Source: an uncultured Chloroflexia bacterium
GTDB taxonomy: Bacteria; Chloroflexota; Anaerolineae; CG2-30-64-16
Direction: 5' to 3'
Length of the DNA stretch: 64,000 nt
NCBI GenBank assembly: GCA_963810095.1
Contig: CAWEMM010000008.1
Span: forward strand, 96,001-160,000
The notes beneath the pieces are model-generated. The model did not search any database, had not been told where the DNA came from, and was given only the letters and a program-made list of their open reading frames with translations. Below are positions 1 through 10,022 of this stretch, in pieces. Numbering within the stretch: position 1 is the first letter of the stretch; every line of letters begins with the position of its first letter. A program made the translations under genes and the position numbers.

Positions 1-246
<246 letters not shown>

Positions 247-253
247 TAGCTTT

Positions 254-298
254 GGGCCTGGCACTGTGGCGGACGACGCCGCTGCGCCAGGCCCTTTT
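254..298 (+). terminator. Rho-independent terminator after acr3
   Basis: GGGCCTGGC...GCCAGGCCC stem followed by TTTT. Confidence 0.55.
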
Positions 299-310
299 CG
301 CGGGTAAACG

Positions 311-1621
311 ATGCCAAGTACACTCGGCTTATGGGGCGCACGCTCGGAGTCGGAATCTCGGCGCGAATCCGTGTGGTTGCAGCCTGATCGTACTGGAATT
401 CGGTGCGCAAGGTCTGACCCTGACGCGCGATGTCCTGGCGCGTGCCGGGCTGGGTCAGGACGAAGACCTGCTCCTCGAGCTGACCGGCGACGGCCTGCGG
501 CTGACGTCCGACCGGTTGCGCAAAGTCTACGTCGAGGTGACGAGCGTTTGCAACCTGGCCTGCGCGACATGCATTCGGAACGCCTGGGACGAGCCGTTGG
601 GCCACATGCCCGTTGAGCGCTTCGAGCGGCTCCTGCAGGGACTGCCAGAGGCGAAGCCGGGTGATCGGGCCGATCACGATGTCGCTCAGCGGGTTTGGCG
701 AGCCCCTCGCCCATCCGCACTTCCTTGACCTGGTCCGGATGGCGCGTGAGCACGGCGTGCGCGTTGAGATCGTGACCAACGGGCTGCTGCTGGATGCGGC
801 GCTCGCTCGCGTGCATTGGCGGACCTCGGCGTCAGCCAGGTCGCGGTGTCGCTCGACGGCGGGGAGCCAGCCGGCTATGAGAGCATCCGGGGCGCGGACT
901 TTGGGGCGGCGGCGGAGGCAGCCCGCCTGCTGGTCGAAGCGCGACGGCGGACACGCAGGACGATGGCGGTGGGCGCGGCGTTCGTGGCAACCGGGCGCAA
1001 TGTCGACAGCTTGCCGGCCCTGCTGCGGCTGGCGCGAGGACTTGGCGCTCGACTTCGTGTCGATCAGCAATGTCGTGCCCCATACCGCCGAGATGGCGGC
1101 AGAGACGCTCTGGCGCCACGCGGCCTGGGCGGCTACGTTTCGGCCCGAGGGCTGGCGGCCACACGTAACGATGGGGCACCTGGACGTGGATGACAGACAC
1201 GCTGCCAGCACTGGCTGCGCTCGTCGCAAGCGGGCCGGTGTTCCCGCCCGCGTGGCTGGATCACGGTGCGGGGCGCAACTACTGCCGCTTCGTGCGCGAA
1301 GGCATGCTAGCAGTGAGCTGGGATGGCCGGGTTGCGCCCTGCCTGTCGCTGCTACACACGCACCCCGAGTACGTCAACGATCACTGGAAGACGGTCCGCA
1401 GTTATGCCGTCGGACACGTGGACGATCGGGGGTTGGCCGAGATCTGGCGCGAGGCGGCCTATCGGGAGCTTCGCGGCCGCGTGCGCAGCTTCGACTTCTC
1501 GCCGTGTTTCGCCTGCGGCGGGTGCCCGGAGACGGACACCAACGACACAGACTGTTATCGCAGCCCATTTCCCGCGTGCGGCGAATGCCTCTGGGCCCAA
1601 GGGATCGTCCTTTGTCCCTGA
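311..1621 (+). CDS. Radical SAM/SPASM protein resembling tungsten-cofactor oxidoreductase maturases (start uncertain; several frameshifts)
   Basis: KVYVEVTSVCNLACATC (CX3CX2C), SGFGEPL, VTNG, and C-terminal SPASM cysteines CRFV/CLSL/CFACGGC/CGECLW, split over ORFs 252, 613, 816 and 1190. Confidence 0.75.
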
Positions 1622-1739
1622 GGGCGAAAACCGCTCCGCTCCTGTCTTAGGCTCGCTTATGAACTGCACAACCAGCCGGAGACAGGAGAGCTTCGCCACG
1701 CTCCGAGTGATGCGCCAACCGATGCAGGGAGGAAAACTT

Positions 1740-2300
1740 GTGATCATCGAATCCTACGATATCGAGGTTTTTACACCGCCTTGCGATCCGGGTGCGGAAC
1801 GGTTCGCAGGCAAGGCGCTGTTGATGGCAGACATCTCGGACGTGCTCCCGTACCTCAACGCGACATTGCGCGGCGCGGTCTATACCCAGTCGGCGAACGC
1901 GCTCACCTGGAAGAAGGGCGGGCACAACCTCGCGTTTCACGCCTATGAGATCGCAACCAGCAACGTGGAAGACCGTGACGCTGCGATTAAGGAATTGGAA
2001 GGGCTGGTCGACCTGGTCAACCGGACGTGGGAACGGCGCGGGGAGATCACACCTGATTTTGCCTTGCACCAACGACCGACGGCGATGGCACTCTACAAAC
2101 TGCTACCCGCGACTAACTGTCGCAAGTGCGGACAGCCTTCCTGCTGGAATTTTGCTCTGAAGCTCGCCGCAGCGCAGGTCGGGCTGGATCCTTGTCCCCT
2201 GCTCGGCGAGCCAGCCTATGCGGAGCGCCGGACCAGCCTCGAGGTGCTCCTGGCGCCGATGCCAGCCATCGGACCGCGTGAAGATCAGCGCGGATCGTGA
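1740..2300 (+). CDS. (Fe-S)-binding protein with C-terminal FeS (AcsC/RnfB-type) domain
   Basis: GTG after GGAGG; N-terminal PPC; C-terminal LP.TNCRKCGQPSC..FA...CP. Confidence 0.75.
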   Translation: MIIESYDIEVFTPPCDPGAERFAGKALLMADISDVLPYLNATLRGAVYTQSANALTWKKGGHNLAFHAYEIATSNVEDRDAAIKELEGLVDLVNRTWERRGEITPDFALHQRPTAMALYKLLPATNCRKCGQPSCWNFALKLAAAQVGLDPCPLLGEPAYAERRTSLEVLLAPMPAIGPREDQRGS

Positions 2301-2320
2301 TCGTGTGTACGTTTCACTAT

Positions 2321-2370
2321 TTGACAGCGCGGCTGACGTGAGCTAAAATCACATTCAGTGAAATGAATGT
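2321..2370 (+). promoter_or_regulatory. Sigma70 promoter plus ArsR-type operator
   Basis: TTGACA-N17-TAAAAT (2321-2349); inverted repeat ACATTCA-N6-TGAATGT (2351-2370). Confidence 0.8.
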
Positions 2371-2389
2371 ATCTGTGGGGGTCGCAAGA

Positions 2390-2743
2390 ATGGAACCGTT
2401 TCAGGATATTGGCGAGCTGTTCAAACTGCTGTCGCACCCGACCCGCCTAGCAATTCTCGAAATGCTGCGGGGGGGCGAGGAGTGCGTGTGCCATATGACC
2501 GCCATGTTAGGCTCCCGTCAGGCGTATGTATCCCAGCAACTCATGGTCTTGCGCGAGGCGGGCTTCGTAATCGACCGTCGGGACGGCTGGAACATCTACT
2601 ACCGCGTCACGCGCCCCGAGGTGTACGCAGTGCTGGACGCAGCGCGCAAAGCGGTCCCAGTCCGGCCGCCTGAGACCTTCACCTTCAGCAGCATGTCAAA
2701 CGCGTGCCCTTGCCCGAAGTGCCAGGCTGCGGTCACGACTTAG
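2390..2743 (+). CDS. arsR: ArsR/SmtB metalloregulator
   Basis: LSHPTRLAIL, EECVCHM metal box, SQQLMVLREAG helix, C-terminal CPCPKC. Confidence 0.9.
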   Translation: MEPFQDIGELFKLLSHPTRLAILEMLRGGEECVCHMTAMLGSRQAYVSQQLMVLREAGFVIDRRDGWNIYYRVTRPEVYAVLDAARKAVPVRPPETFTFSSMSNACPCPKCQAAVTT

Positions 2744-2776
2744 TTCGTGGATTTCTCTCTCTTTTTTTATCATAAT

Positions 2777-2796
2777 ACATTCACTCGCTTGAATGT
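2777..2796 (+). promoter_or_regulatory. Second copy of the ArsR operator
   Basis: ACATTCA-N6-TGAATGT with arms identical to 2351-2370, upstream of the thioredoxin-arsP genes. Confidence 0.75.
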
Positions 2797-2826
2797 GATT
2801 CTATTCTGCTAACATGGAGAACGACA

Positions 2827-3077
2827 ATGGTCAACATCAAAGTGCTCGGCACAGGATGTGCCAATTGTCAGCGGCTGGAGGCCAGCGTGCGCCGGGTCGT
2901 GGCGACGCAGGGGATCGAGGCCCAGATCGAGAAGGTCACCGACCTGGGCGAGATCATGAAGTACGCCCTCCTGGCCACGCCGGGGCTGGTGATCGACGGC
3001 AAACTGGTCGCGGCCGGCCGCGTGCCTGCCGACAAAGAGATCGCCGGCTGGCTGCCGCGGCGACGCCGTCCGGCTGA
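2827..3077 (+). CDS. Small redox-active disulfide protein (thioredoxin family, MTH895 type); probable frameshift near the 3' end
   Basis: IKVLGTGCANC...TPGLVIDGK...GRVP. Confidence 0.88.
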
Positions 3078-3130
3078 GCCGGATCGCAACGTGCGGTCAG
3101 GAAGTCAGAACTATTTGAGTGGGAGACAAT

Positions 3131-4186
3131 GTGGCAATCCAGGAAACAACGCCAGCGCGGCATAGCCTGCGCGCCGATCTGCCGGTCTACGGCAAGCTCG
3201 CCGCTATCGCCCTGCTGTGGTGGGCGGCCTATTCCGTGTTGCTGCCGGTCAGCCAGTGGCTGACCTACAACGTGCTCGGGTTGGAGCGTGGCTCGCAGGT
3301 GGGCGAGTCGGTGGCCTTTTTCCTCTACGACGTGCCCAAAATCCTGCTCCTGCTCGCGGGCATGATCTTTCTGATCAGCATTGTGCGCACCTTTTTCAGC
3401 CCCGAGCGCACGCGAGCGCTGTTGGGTGGCAAGCGCCAGGGGCTGGGTAACGTGCTGGCGGCCACGCTCGGCATCGTGACCCCCTTCTGCTCCTGCTCGG
3501 CCGTGCCGCTCTTCATCGGGTTTGTCGAGTCGGGCATTCCGCTGGGGGTCACCTTCTCCTTCCTGATCGCCGCGCCGCTGATCAACGAGGTGGCGGTGAT
3601 TATGCTGGGCGGCCTGTTCGGCTGGCGGGTCGCGGCGCTGTATATCGGTACGGGCCTGGTGATCGCCATCGGCGCCGGCTTCGTCATCGGCCGCTTCCAC
3701 CTGGAGCGCTATGTCGAAGATTTCGTCTGGCAGTTGCAGATGGGCGCGAGCGGCCCGCAGGAGCGCCTCAGCTGGCCGGAGCGCATCAGCCGGGCCACGG
3801 ACAGCGTCAAGGAGATCGTCGGCAAGGTCTGGCCCTATGTCATCGTCGGCATTGGGATCGGCGCAGCCATCCACGGCTTCGTGCCCGAGAGCGCCCTGGC
3901 GAACATCATGGGCAAACAGGCGTGGTGGAGCGTGCCGGCGGCCGTACTGCTGGGCATCCCGTTGTATTCCAACGCGGCGGGGGTCATCCCCATCGTCGGC
4001 GCGCTGATCGAGAAAGGCGCCAGCGTGGGCACCGCACTGGCGTTCATGATGGCAGTGGTGGGCCTGAGCCTGCCCGAGATGATCATCCTGCGCCGGGTGC
4101 TCAAACCGCAACTGATCGCGGTCTTCATCGGCGTGCTGGCGCTGGCCATCATCTTTACCGGCTATCTGTTCAACCTGGTCCTGTAA
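3131..4186 (+). CDS. arsP: ArsP/DUF318 permease
   Basis: TPFCSCS, GIPLY, SLPE motifs; multiple TM helices. Confidence 0.88.
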   Translation: MAIQETTPARHSLRADLPVYGKLAAIALLWWAAYSVLLPVSQWLTYNVLGLERGSQVGESVAFFLYDVPKILLLLAGMIFLISIVRTFFSPERTRALLGGKRQGLGNVLAATLGIVTPFCSCSAVPLFIGFVESGIPLGVTFSFLIAAPLINEVAVIMLGGLFGWRVAALYIGTGLVIAIGAGFVIGRFHLERYVEDFVWQLQMGASGPQERLSWPERISRATDSVKEIVGKVWPYVIVGIGIGAAIHGFVPESALANIMGKQAWWSVPAAVLLGIPLYSNAAGVIPIVGALIEKGASVGTALAFMMAVVGLSLPEMIILRRVLKPQLIAVFIGVLALAIIFTGYLFNLVL

Positions 4187-4203
4187 ATCAAGGAGCGCTA
4201 CCC

Positions 4204-4758
4204 TTGTCCCAAGACTGTTGTTGTCTATCTGATGATGCAGGTTCCCAAACCTGCGAGCCGACCCCGGAGATCGCAGAACGTCCCGCAACGCCCGGCGATT
4301 GTCCGATCTGCGGGCAGCACGGCAAGCTGGTAGACGGGCAGACGGTGAAGGCCCTGCTGGCGATCAGCCTGGTCCAAGTGACTCACGAGCCGTACTTATT
4401 CTGCGCCAACCCGGGTTGCGCCATTGTCTATTATGCTGCCGACGGTGAGCAAACTTTCTCCACCGCCGAGGTGCGCGAGCGGGTCTACCAGAAGGAGCCA
4501 GGCGCCGAGGACGTGTTTGTCTGCTACTGCTTCCGGCACACGCGGGACGAAATCCGCGCCGAGATCGCGGCAACCGGTCGCAGCACCGTGGTAGATGCCA
4601 TCAACGCAGGCATCCGTGCCGGCGCCTGTGCCTGTGACCTGCGCAACCCGCAAGGTTCCTGCTGCCTGGGCAACGCACGCGCCCTGGTCAAGCTTCTGTT
4701 GGCTGAAAAAGGGTCAACGGCAACAGATCGACCGGAAAACAAGAGGAGAACATCATGA
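4204..4758 (+). CDS. CopZ-like Zn-binding plus BFD-like [2Fe-2S] protein
   Basis: TTG after AAGGAG; CPIC, FCANPGC, VCYCF, CACDLRNPQGSCCLG. Confidence 0.8.
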   Translation: MSQDCCCLSDDAGSQTCEPTPEIAERPATPGDCPICGQHGKLVDGQTVKALLAISLVQVTHEPYLFCANPGCAIVYYAADGEQTFSTAEVRERVYQKEPGAEDVFVCYCFRHTRDEIRAEIAATGRSTVVDAINAGIRAGACACDLRNPQGSCCLGNARALVKLLLAEKGSTATDRPENKRRTS

Positions 4759-5357
4759 CGGAGCATGAAATCCTGTTGGATGCACTGAAATTCCACGGGC
4801 ACCGCTGCTGGGCCAGCGTGGCGGGCGTGCGGGTGGGATTGGCCGCGCTGCGGGCGCTCGGCGTGCAACGCTCGGGCGGCACGCAGCTCTACGCCATCAT
4901 CGAGACCGGCGAAGAACATGGCGGCATGTGCTTCGGCGACGGCGTGCAATACACCACGGGCTGCACGTTCGGCAAGGGGAACATCCGCAAGAACCCCCTC
5001 GGCAAGCTGGCATTGACCCTGATCGACAAGGACAGCAACCAGGCCGTGCGCGTCTCCTACAAGCCCACGCTGCAGAAGCAGATCGCGGCGTCAGCCTTCA
5101 TGCAGCAGCGCGCCGCCGGGTACCAGCCGGACGAGATCCCCGAGGCTGACCAGATGGAGTTGGTCAACCTGGTGTGGGACGCGCCGGAAGACGACGTCCT
5201 GACCGTGGGCGAAGTCTTCACCTACGACTGCAACTGGCTGCCTGAGGTGATGGGCTTTACAAAATGTGACTCGTGCGGCGAGCTCGCGGCCCACGCGTAC
5301 GTGCGGCTGGTCGGCGATCGCAAGGTGTGCATCCCATGTTCCGGGTACGATCGCTGA
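4755..5357 (+). CDS. FmdE-family protein with C-terminal Zn finger (copy 1)
   Basis: FHGHRC, CFGDGVQYTTGCTFGKGN, CDSC...CIPC. Confidence 0.88.
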   Translation: MTEHEILLDALKFHGHRCWASVAGVRVGLAALRALGVQRSGGTQLYAIIETGEEHGGMCFGDGVQYTTGCTFGKGNIRKNPLGKLALTLIDKDSNQAVRVSYKPTLQKQIAASAFMQQRAAGYQPDEIPEADQMELVNLVWDAPEDDVLTVGEVFTYDCNWLPEVMGFTKCDSCGELAAHAYVRLVGDRKVCIPCSGYDR

Positions 5358-5358
5358 A

Positions 5359-6114
5359 ATGAGTCCGACTACCTACATCATCAGCGCCGTGTTGGTGTTC
5401 GTCTTCTCCGGCCTGCTGGCGATGGCCGGGCTGGGCGCGGCATTTCTGTTCGTGCCGCTCTTCTACTATCTCGGCGTCCCGCTGGCCGAGGCCACCCCGA
5501 CCGCCCTGCTGTTGAACGTCGTAAGCCTGTTATTTGCCACGATCAACTACTGGCGCGGCAAGCTGATCAACTTCCGGGTTGGGCTTCCGGTTTTGGTCAC
5601 AGCCGTGATCCTGTCGCCGCTCGGCGCGCGGCTGACACCGCAGATCGACAAGACAGTGCTGCTCGGACTGTTCGCGGCATTTCTGATTTTCGCCGGGTTC
5701 ATGATGCTATTCTACCGGCCGAAGAAACGCGGAGAGCCGCTCAGTCGGACGGTTGAGGTGAGCGCCGGCGTGGGCATCGGCGGCGTGGCGGGCTTCCTGG
5801 GCGGCCTGCTCGGCGTGGGCGGGGGCAATTTTATCCTGCCCGTGCTGAACTGGCTGGGGCTGGATGCAAAGGTGGCGGCTGGCACGACTGCGTTGGTGGT
5901 GGTCTTCGCATCGTTCTCGGGCTTTCTGGGTCACGCCACACTCGGCGGACTCGACCCCGTGTTCATTGGCATCATGGCTGTGATGGCTGCGGCTGGCTCC
6001 ATCGTCGGCTCACAACTGATGAAGACGAAGCTGTCCAGCGCACAACTCAAGCGCATGATCGGCGTGTTGCTGTTGCTGATCGCCGCCAAGATGATCTTTG
6101 ATCTCGTGAAGTAA
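5359..6114 (+). CDS. TauE/SafE-family sulfite exporter
   Basis: GLGAA and GLLGVGGG repeats, about 8 TM helices. Confidence 0.85.
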   Translation: MSPTTYIISAVLVFVFSGLLAMAGLGAAFLFVPLFYYLGVPLAEATPTALLLNVVSLLFATINYWRGKLINFRVGLPVLVTAVILSPLGARLTPQIDKTVLLGLFAAFLIFAGFMMLFYRPKKRGEPLSRTVEVSAGVGIGGVAGFLGGLLGVGGGNFILPVLNWLGLDAKVAAGTTALVVVFASFSGFLGHATLGGLDPVFIGIMAVMAAAGSIVGSQLMKTKLSSAQLKRMIGVLLLLIAAKMIFDLVK

Positions 6115-6172
6115 TTCGAGAGGCGGGCGCCTGGCGTTTCCGCAAATCCAAACCAAGAGAGGTACTTTCCTG

Positions 6173-6778
6173 ATGGACCGCAATGATGAACTGTACAAGG
6201 CCGGCCTGCTGCTGCACGGCCACAAGTGTCCCGCGATGCCGATGGGGCTGCGCGCCGGGCTGGCCGCGCTGGAGGCACTGGGTGCCGAGCGCGCCGCGGA
6301 CGGACAACTGACTGCGCTGATCGAGATCGACAGCGAGCACTGCGCCACCTGCTATGCAGACGGCATCCAGATGGCGACCGGCTGCACCTTCGGCAAGGGC
6401 AACATCCGCAAGCTCGGCTACGGTAAATTCGTGCTGACGCTGGTCGACAACAAGACCGGCCGCAGTGTGCGCGTCGCCACCCGCAACGAGGTGATCAAGC
6501 GCAACCAGGAATCCGAGTTCATCCAATATCGCAAGCGTGGCGTGCCGGCCTCCAAGATTGATCTGGCACTGGTCGAGCCCTACGTGGACTTCATCCTGTG
6601 CGCCCAGGCTGAGGAGTTGTTCAGAATCGGGCCGGTGACGGAGCTGAAGCTCCCGGCGGGCCGGCCGCACGACTTCAACACGATCATCTGCGCCGAGTGC
6701 GGCGAAGTCGCGGTCGAGCGGTACGCCCGGGTCAAGAACGGGCAGATCGTCTGCATGCCCTGCGCGGAGAAGAACTAA
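6173..6778 (+). CDS. FmdE-family protein with C-terminal Zn finger (copy 2)
   Basis: HGHKCPAMPMG, CYADGIQMATGCTFGKGN, CAEC...CMPC. Confidence 0.88.
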   Translation: MDRNDELYKAGLLLHGHKCPAMPMGLRAGLAALEALGAERAADGQLTALIEIDSEHCATCYADGIQMATGCTFGKGNIRKLGYGKFVLTLVDNKTGRSVRVATRNEVIKRNQESEFIQYRKRGVPASKIDLALVEPYVDFILCAQAEELFRIGPVTELKLPAGRPHDFNTIICAECGEVAVERYARVKNGQIVCMPCAEKN

Positions 6779-7182
6779 TGAAAATCGCAGCAGTCACAGA
6801 CGACGGCATTACCATCAGTCAACATTTCGGACGCGCACCCTACTACCTGGTGCTCACGGTCGAGGATGGACGCATCGTGAGCCGCGAGCAGCGCGAGAAG
6901 ATCGCCCATGGTCAGGGGCACAGCCACGGCCAGCCGAACGAGGTGCACCTGGCGGATCAGCCCCACGGCTTCGACCCGGCGTCACAGGACACGCACAGCC
7001 GCATGGCCGCGCCGATAAGCGATTGCCAGATGCTGCTGGCGCGCGGTATGGGGGCCGGGGCGTACGCCAGTTTGGAACAAGCCGGCATTCGACCCATTCT
7101 AACGACCCTCGTCAATATTGAGGAAGCCGCCCTGCAAGCGGCGGCTGGAACGATCGTCGACCACCGCGAACGGCTGCACTAG
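6778..7182 (+). CDS. NifB/NifX-family (FeMo-co-binding fold) protein with His-rich insert
   Basis: MKIAAVTDDG..ISQHFGRAPYY, GMGAGA. Confidence 0.85.
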   Translation: MKIAAVTDDGITISQHFGRAPYYLVLTVEDGRIVSREQREKIAHGQGHSHGQPNEVHLADQPHGFDPASQDTHSRMAAPISDCQMLLARGMGAGAYASLEQAGIRPILTTLVNIEEAALQAAAGTIVDHRERLH

Positions 7183-7212
7183 AAACATCGCTGGTTGTCG
7201 CAAGGGGAAATC

Positions 7213-7971
7213 ATGGATCTGGATGCAATTCGAATCATGGCCGTGCAGATGCACGACATCCTTCAGTTGTCAGCCCCGGCCATCGGCGTCAGCCTTCTGT
7301 TGGAGAGACCAGACGAGGGTATGGGCCGAGCGTTGTCGCAGTATCGCTTCTGCCAGGCGCTGATGCGTGCGCGACACGGTGAAACGGTCACTCTGGACGG
7401 TGGTGGCCTGACATGTCCGGCCGCTGCGGCGGCCTTCGGCTTCCGGCCCTTGCCCGAGGGGTTGAGAAACGGTAGCGGCCTGGTTGGTTTCGGCATCGTG
7501 CAAGACCCGGCCGTCGGACAAAGGATGTTTGAAGAAATGCCGCGGCTAGCGCCCAACCAGATCCACAGCCTGCTCATTTTCCCACTCTCCGACGCGCCGG
7601 TCGTCCCTGACGTGATCGTCGTGGAAGATGAAGTCGAGAAGTTGATGTGGATAAACCTGGCCTACCTGCATGCTAGCGGCGGGAAGCGCATCCACAGCTC
7701 GACCGCCATCCTGCAGGCCACGTGCGTCGATGCCGCCATCATCCCGTATCTCGATAAACGCTTGAACTTCAGCTACGGATGCTATGGCTGCCGCGATGCT
7801 ACCGACCTGGCTGGCTCTGAGACAGTGGTCGGCTTCCCGATCTCCGTGCTGCCTGATATCGTGAAGCATCTTGAATTCCTGGCGCAAAAAGCGATCCCGA
7901 CCTCGCGCGCCAAAAAAGCCTGGGGAGCGCTCAAGGCGAAAGAGCTTCAAGCGGTCGCGACGAACTCCTAA
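7213..7971 (+). CDS. DUF169-family protein
   Basis: RFCQA, TCPAAA, QATCVD, SYGCYGCR. Confidence 0.8.
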   Translation: MDLDAIRIMAVQMHDILQLSAPAIGVSLLLERPDEGMGRALSQYRFCQALMRARHGETVTLDGGGLTCPAAAAAFGFRPLPEGLRNGSGLVGFGIVQDPAVGQRMFEEMPRLAPNQIHSLLIFPLSDAPVVPDVIVVEDEVEKLMWINLAYLHASGGKRIHSSTAILQATCVDAAIIPYLDKRLNFSYGCYGCRDATDLAGSETVVGFPISVLPDIVKHLEFLAQKAIPTSRAKKAWGALKAKELQAVATNS

Positions 7972-8039
7972 TGTCGGCCGCAGCGGGCAGGGGCGCGTTC
8001 GGGACAGTCCAAGATTCATAACAGAGAGGGATTGATATC

Positions 8040-8258
8040 GTGCAACCTTTCATCAACAAACGCCGGTGCCCGGCGCAAGACCAAATCTGCAAGGCGATCC
8101 CGGCCTGCCCGCACGGGGCGATCAGCTATGTCGCCGACGAGACCGAGCGCCTGGGCGGCAAGATTGTCTTCGACTACGACAAGTGCGACGGCTGCGGAAT
8201 CTGCGTGACTGAGTGCTGTGGCAGCGCGATCGATATGCAGCAAGTCGTCGCAACATGA
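8040..8258 (+). CDS. Small 4Fe-4S ferredoxin
   Basis: C...C...CPHGAI and CDGCGICVTECC. Confidence 0.8.
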   Translation: MQPFINKRRCPAQDQICKAIPACPHGAISYVADETERLGGKIVFDYDKCDGCGICVTECCGSAIDMQQVVAT

Positions 8259-8380
8259 CGCGGCTCATGGTCACGCGAGGAAAAACAGGCATATGATGGT
8301 GTATGCAGTAAGGCATATATAGAAATACCCGCATACGGCGCCGGGCACAAGACGCGTGCGCAGCGACGAAGGAGATCGAT

Positions 8381-8830
8381 GTGAGCACCGAGTATCTCGA
8401 AACGACGGTCGACAAGTTCATCTTTCGGGTCAAGGTCGGTTACCTGTACAGCGAAGCCGGCGTGTGGGTGGATTTCGATCCGTCCCGCCAGATCGCACGT
8501 ACGGGCCTAACTGACTTCCGCCAGCAGGCGAGCGGGGACGTCGCGTTCGTCGACCTGCCGGCGGCCGGCGCCACCGTCGCAAGCGGCGGTGACCTGGCGA
8601 ACATCGAAACGATCAAGGTCGATCTCGTCGTGCCGGCGCCGCTAGAGGGCACGGTCGTGGCGGGCAACGAGGCGCTCGGCGACGCTCCGGAACTGATTAA
8701 CCAGCAGCCGTACGGCGATGGCTGGCTGGTCGAACTAACGCCGGCCGCCTGGCCGGCGCCCGGCCTGCTTGACGCGGCAGCCTACCTGGCCGTGATGCAA
8801 GCGCAGGCGGAAGCTGAGGCGAAGCAATGA
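8381..8830 (+). CDS. Glycine-cleavage H-like lipoyl carrier protein (no other gcv genes in the window)
   Basis: GLTDF..GDVAFVDLP, IETIK with the lipoyl Lys, INQQPYGDGWL. Confidence 0.88.
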   Translation: MSTEYLETTVDKFIFRVKVGYLYSEAGVWVDFDPSRQIARTGLTDFRQQASGDVAFVDLPAAGATVASGGDLANIETIKVDLVVPAPLEGTVVAGNEALGDAPELINQQPYGDGWLVELTPAAWPAPGLLDAAAYLAVMQAQAEAEAKQ

Positions 8831-9294
8831 GTGATGAAGCTGAGCAAGCGTCGCTCCCAGGAGCGGCTCGCACAGTGTGCATCGTGCCCTGTAGCGGGAT
8901 TGGCAAAACGTACGGCACGGTGACGCGCGAGGCAGCGTACGTCGTGAGCGAAGAGTTGCGACCGGACACCACGAAGGTGGTCCCCCTCTCGCTGCTCGTG
9001 CTCGGCGACGAGGCGGCGCGTGAGGCCGTGCAGGCGGCGCCAGCGCTCACGCTGGACGGCTGCAAGTTGGCCTGTGCGACGAACCTCGTGCGCCAGTCTG
9101 GGGGCATCGTGGCGCAGGACTTCGTCGTGCTCGACACGTTCCGGAAGAACCGGACGCTCAAGCCGGCGGGCATCGCCGAGCTAAACGACGGCGGGCTGGC
9201 CCTGGCGCGGGCGCTGGCAGACGAGGTCGCGGCGGCGGTAGATGCCGCCGTAGCGACGGATGGTTCATCGACTGGAGGAGAGCACGATGCCTAA
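8827..9294 (+). CDS. DGC-domain putative Zn-binding protein
   Basis: VPCSGIG and LDGCKLAC. Confidence 0.8.
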   Translation: MSDEAEQASLPGAARTVCIVPCSGIGKTYGTVTREAAYVVSEELRPDTTKVVPLSLLVLGDEAAREAVQAAPALTLDGCKLACATNLVRQSGGIVAQDFVVLDTFRKNRTLKPAGIAELNDGGLALARALADEVAAAVDAAVATDGSSTGGEHDA

Positions 9295-10022
9295 TCTACC
9301 AAAGCGCAAGGTGGGCATCGTCGCCTGTTCGGGCGAGGAGCTGCCCGGCGGCACGGTCACCCGGCTGGCGGCGCTCAAGGTGCTCGAGCATCTGCGACCG
9401 GATCAGACGGTGACAATCTGCTTGCCGCTATTCCTGGCCGGTGGCGAAGGCGACCGGGCATTTGCGAAGTTCTACCCGACCATCGCCGTCGACGGCTGCG
9501 AGAAGCGCTGCGCCGCCCGGGCGACCGAGATGTACAGCAATAAGCCGGCGGCAAGCATCGTGCTGGACGAGCTGCTGACCGAGCACGGCCTGCCGCAGCC
9601 GATAGGGAAGCGCCGGCTGACGCGCGAGAGCGGCCGGGCGGTGGATGCACTGGCCGATGCCATCGCGGTGGAAGTGGATCACTTGATGGCGGTGCGCTGG
9701 AGCCGCAGCGAAGGTACGATCCTGGAGGCCGGCCCGGATGCCGGAGCGGTCAGCACGTCGGCCTGCGCCTGTGGTTCGGGAATCCCTGTGACGACGGTGC
9801 AAGTGGGCGAGCAAGCCGTCGAGATCATGGCCCTCGTGCCGATCATGGAACTGGCTTATCAGCAAGGGTTGCGCGCCAACGGCGCTCTGCCGCCGCAGAT
9901 ACTTCAGACGGTGCAGGTGTACAACACCGTGCCCGCCGGCGAGGAAGCGCTGTTACGCGCAAGCCGTTGAACTGGCGTGGGCGGCGTACTGTATGGAACG
10001 TGAGGGGCAGAACCATGGCTAA
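9287..10022 (+). CDS. DGC-domain protein with C-terminal extension (probable frameshift near 9960)
   Basis: ACSGE, ICLPLF, VDGCEKRC, CACGSG. Confidence 0.78.

Noticed and set aside
296-390. Moco/Wco riboswitch upstream of the radical SAM gene
   Set aside because: I could not identify the conserved motif by eye, and the region may be coding; a covariance-model search would settle it
2954-4288. Long antisense ORFs (also 11547-12566, 22548-23492, 52747-53742, 58286-59305)
   Set aside because: Shadow ORFs opposite well-supported genes in high-GC DNA, with no motifs
8381-8830. Glycine cleavage system
   Set aside because: Only the H-like protein is present; no P, T or L genes in the window
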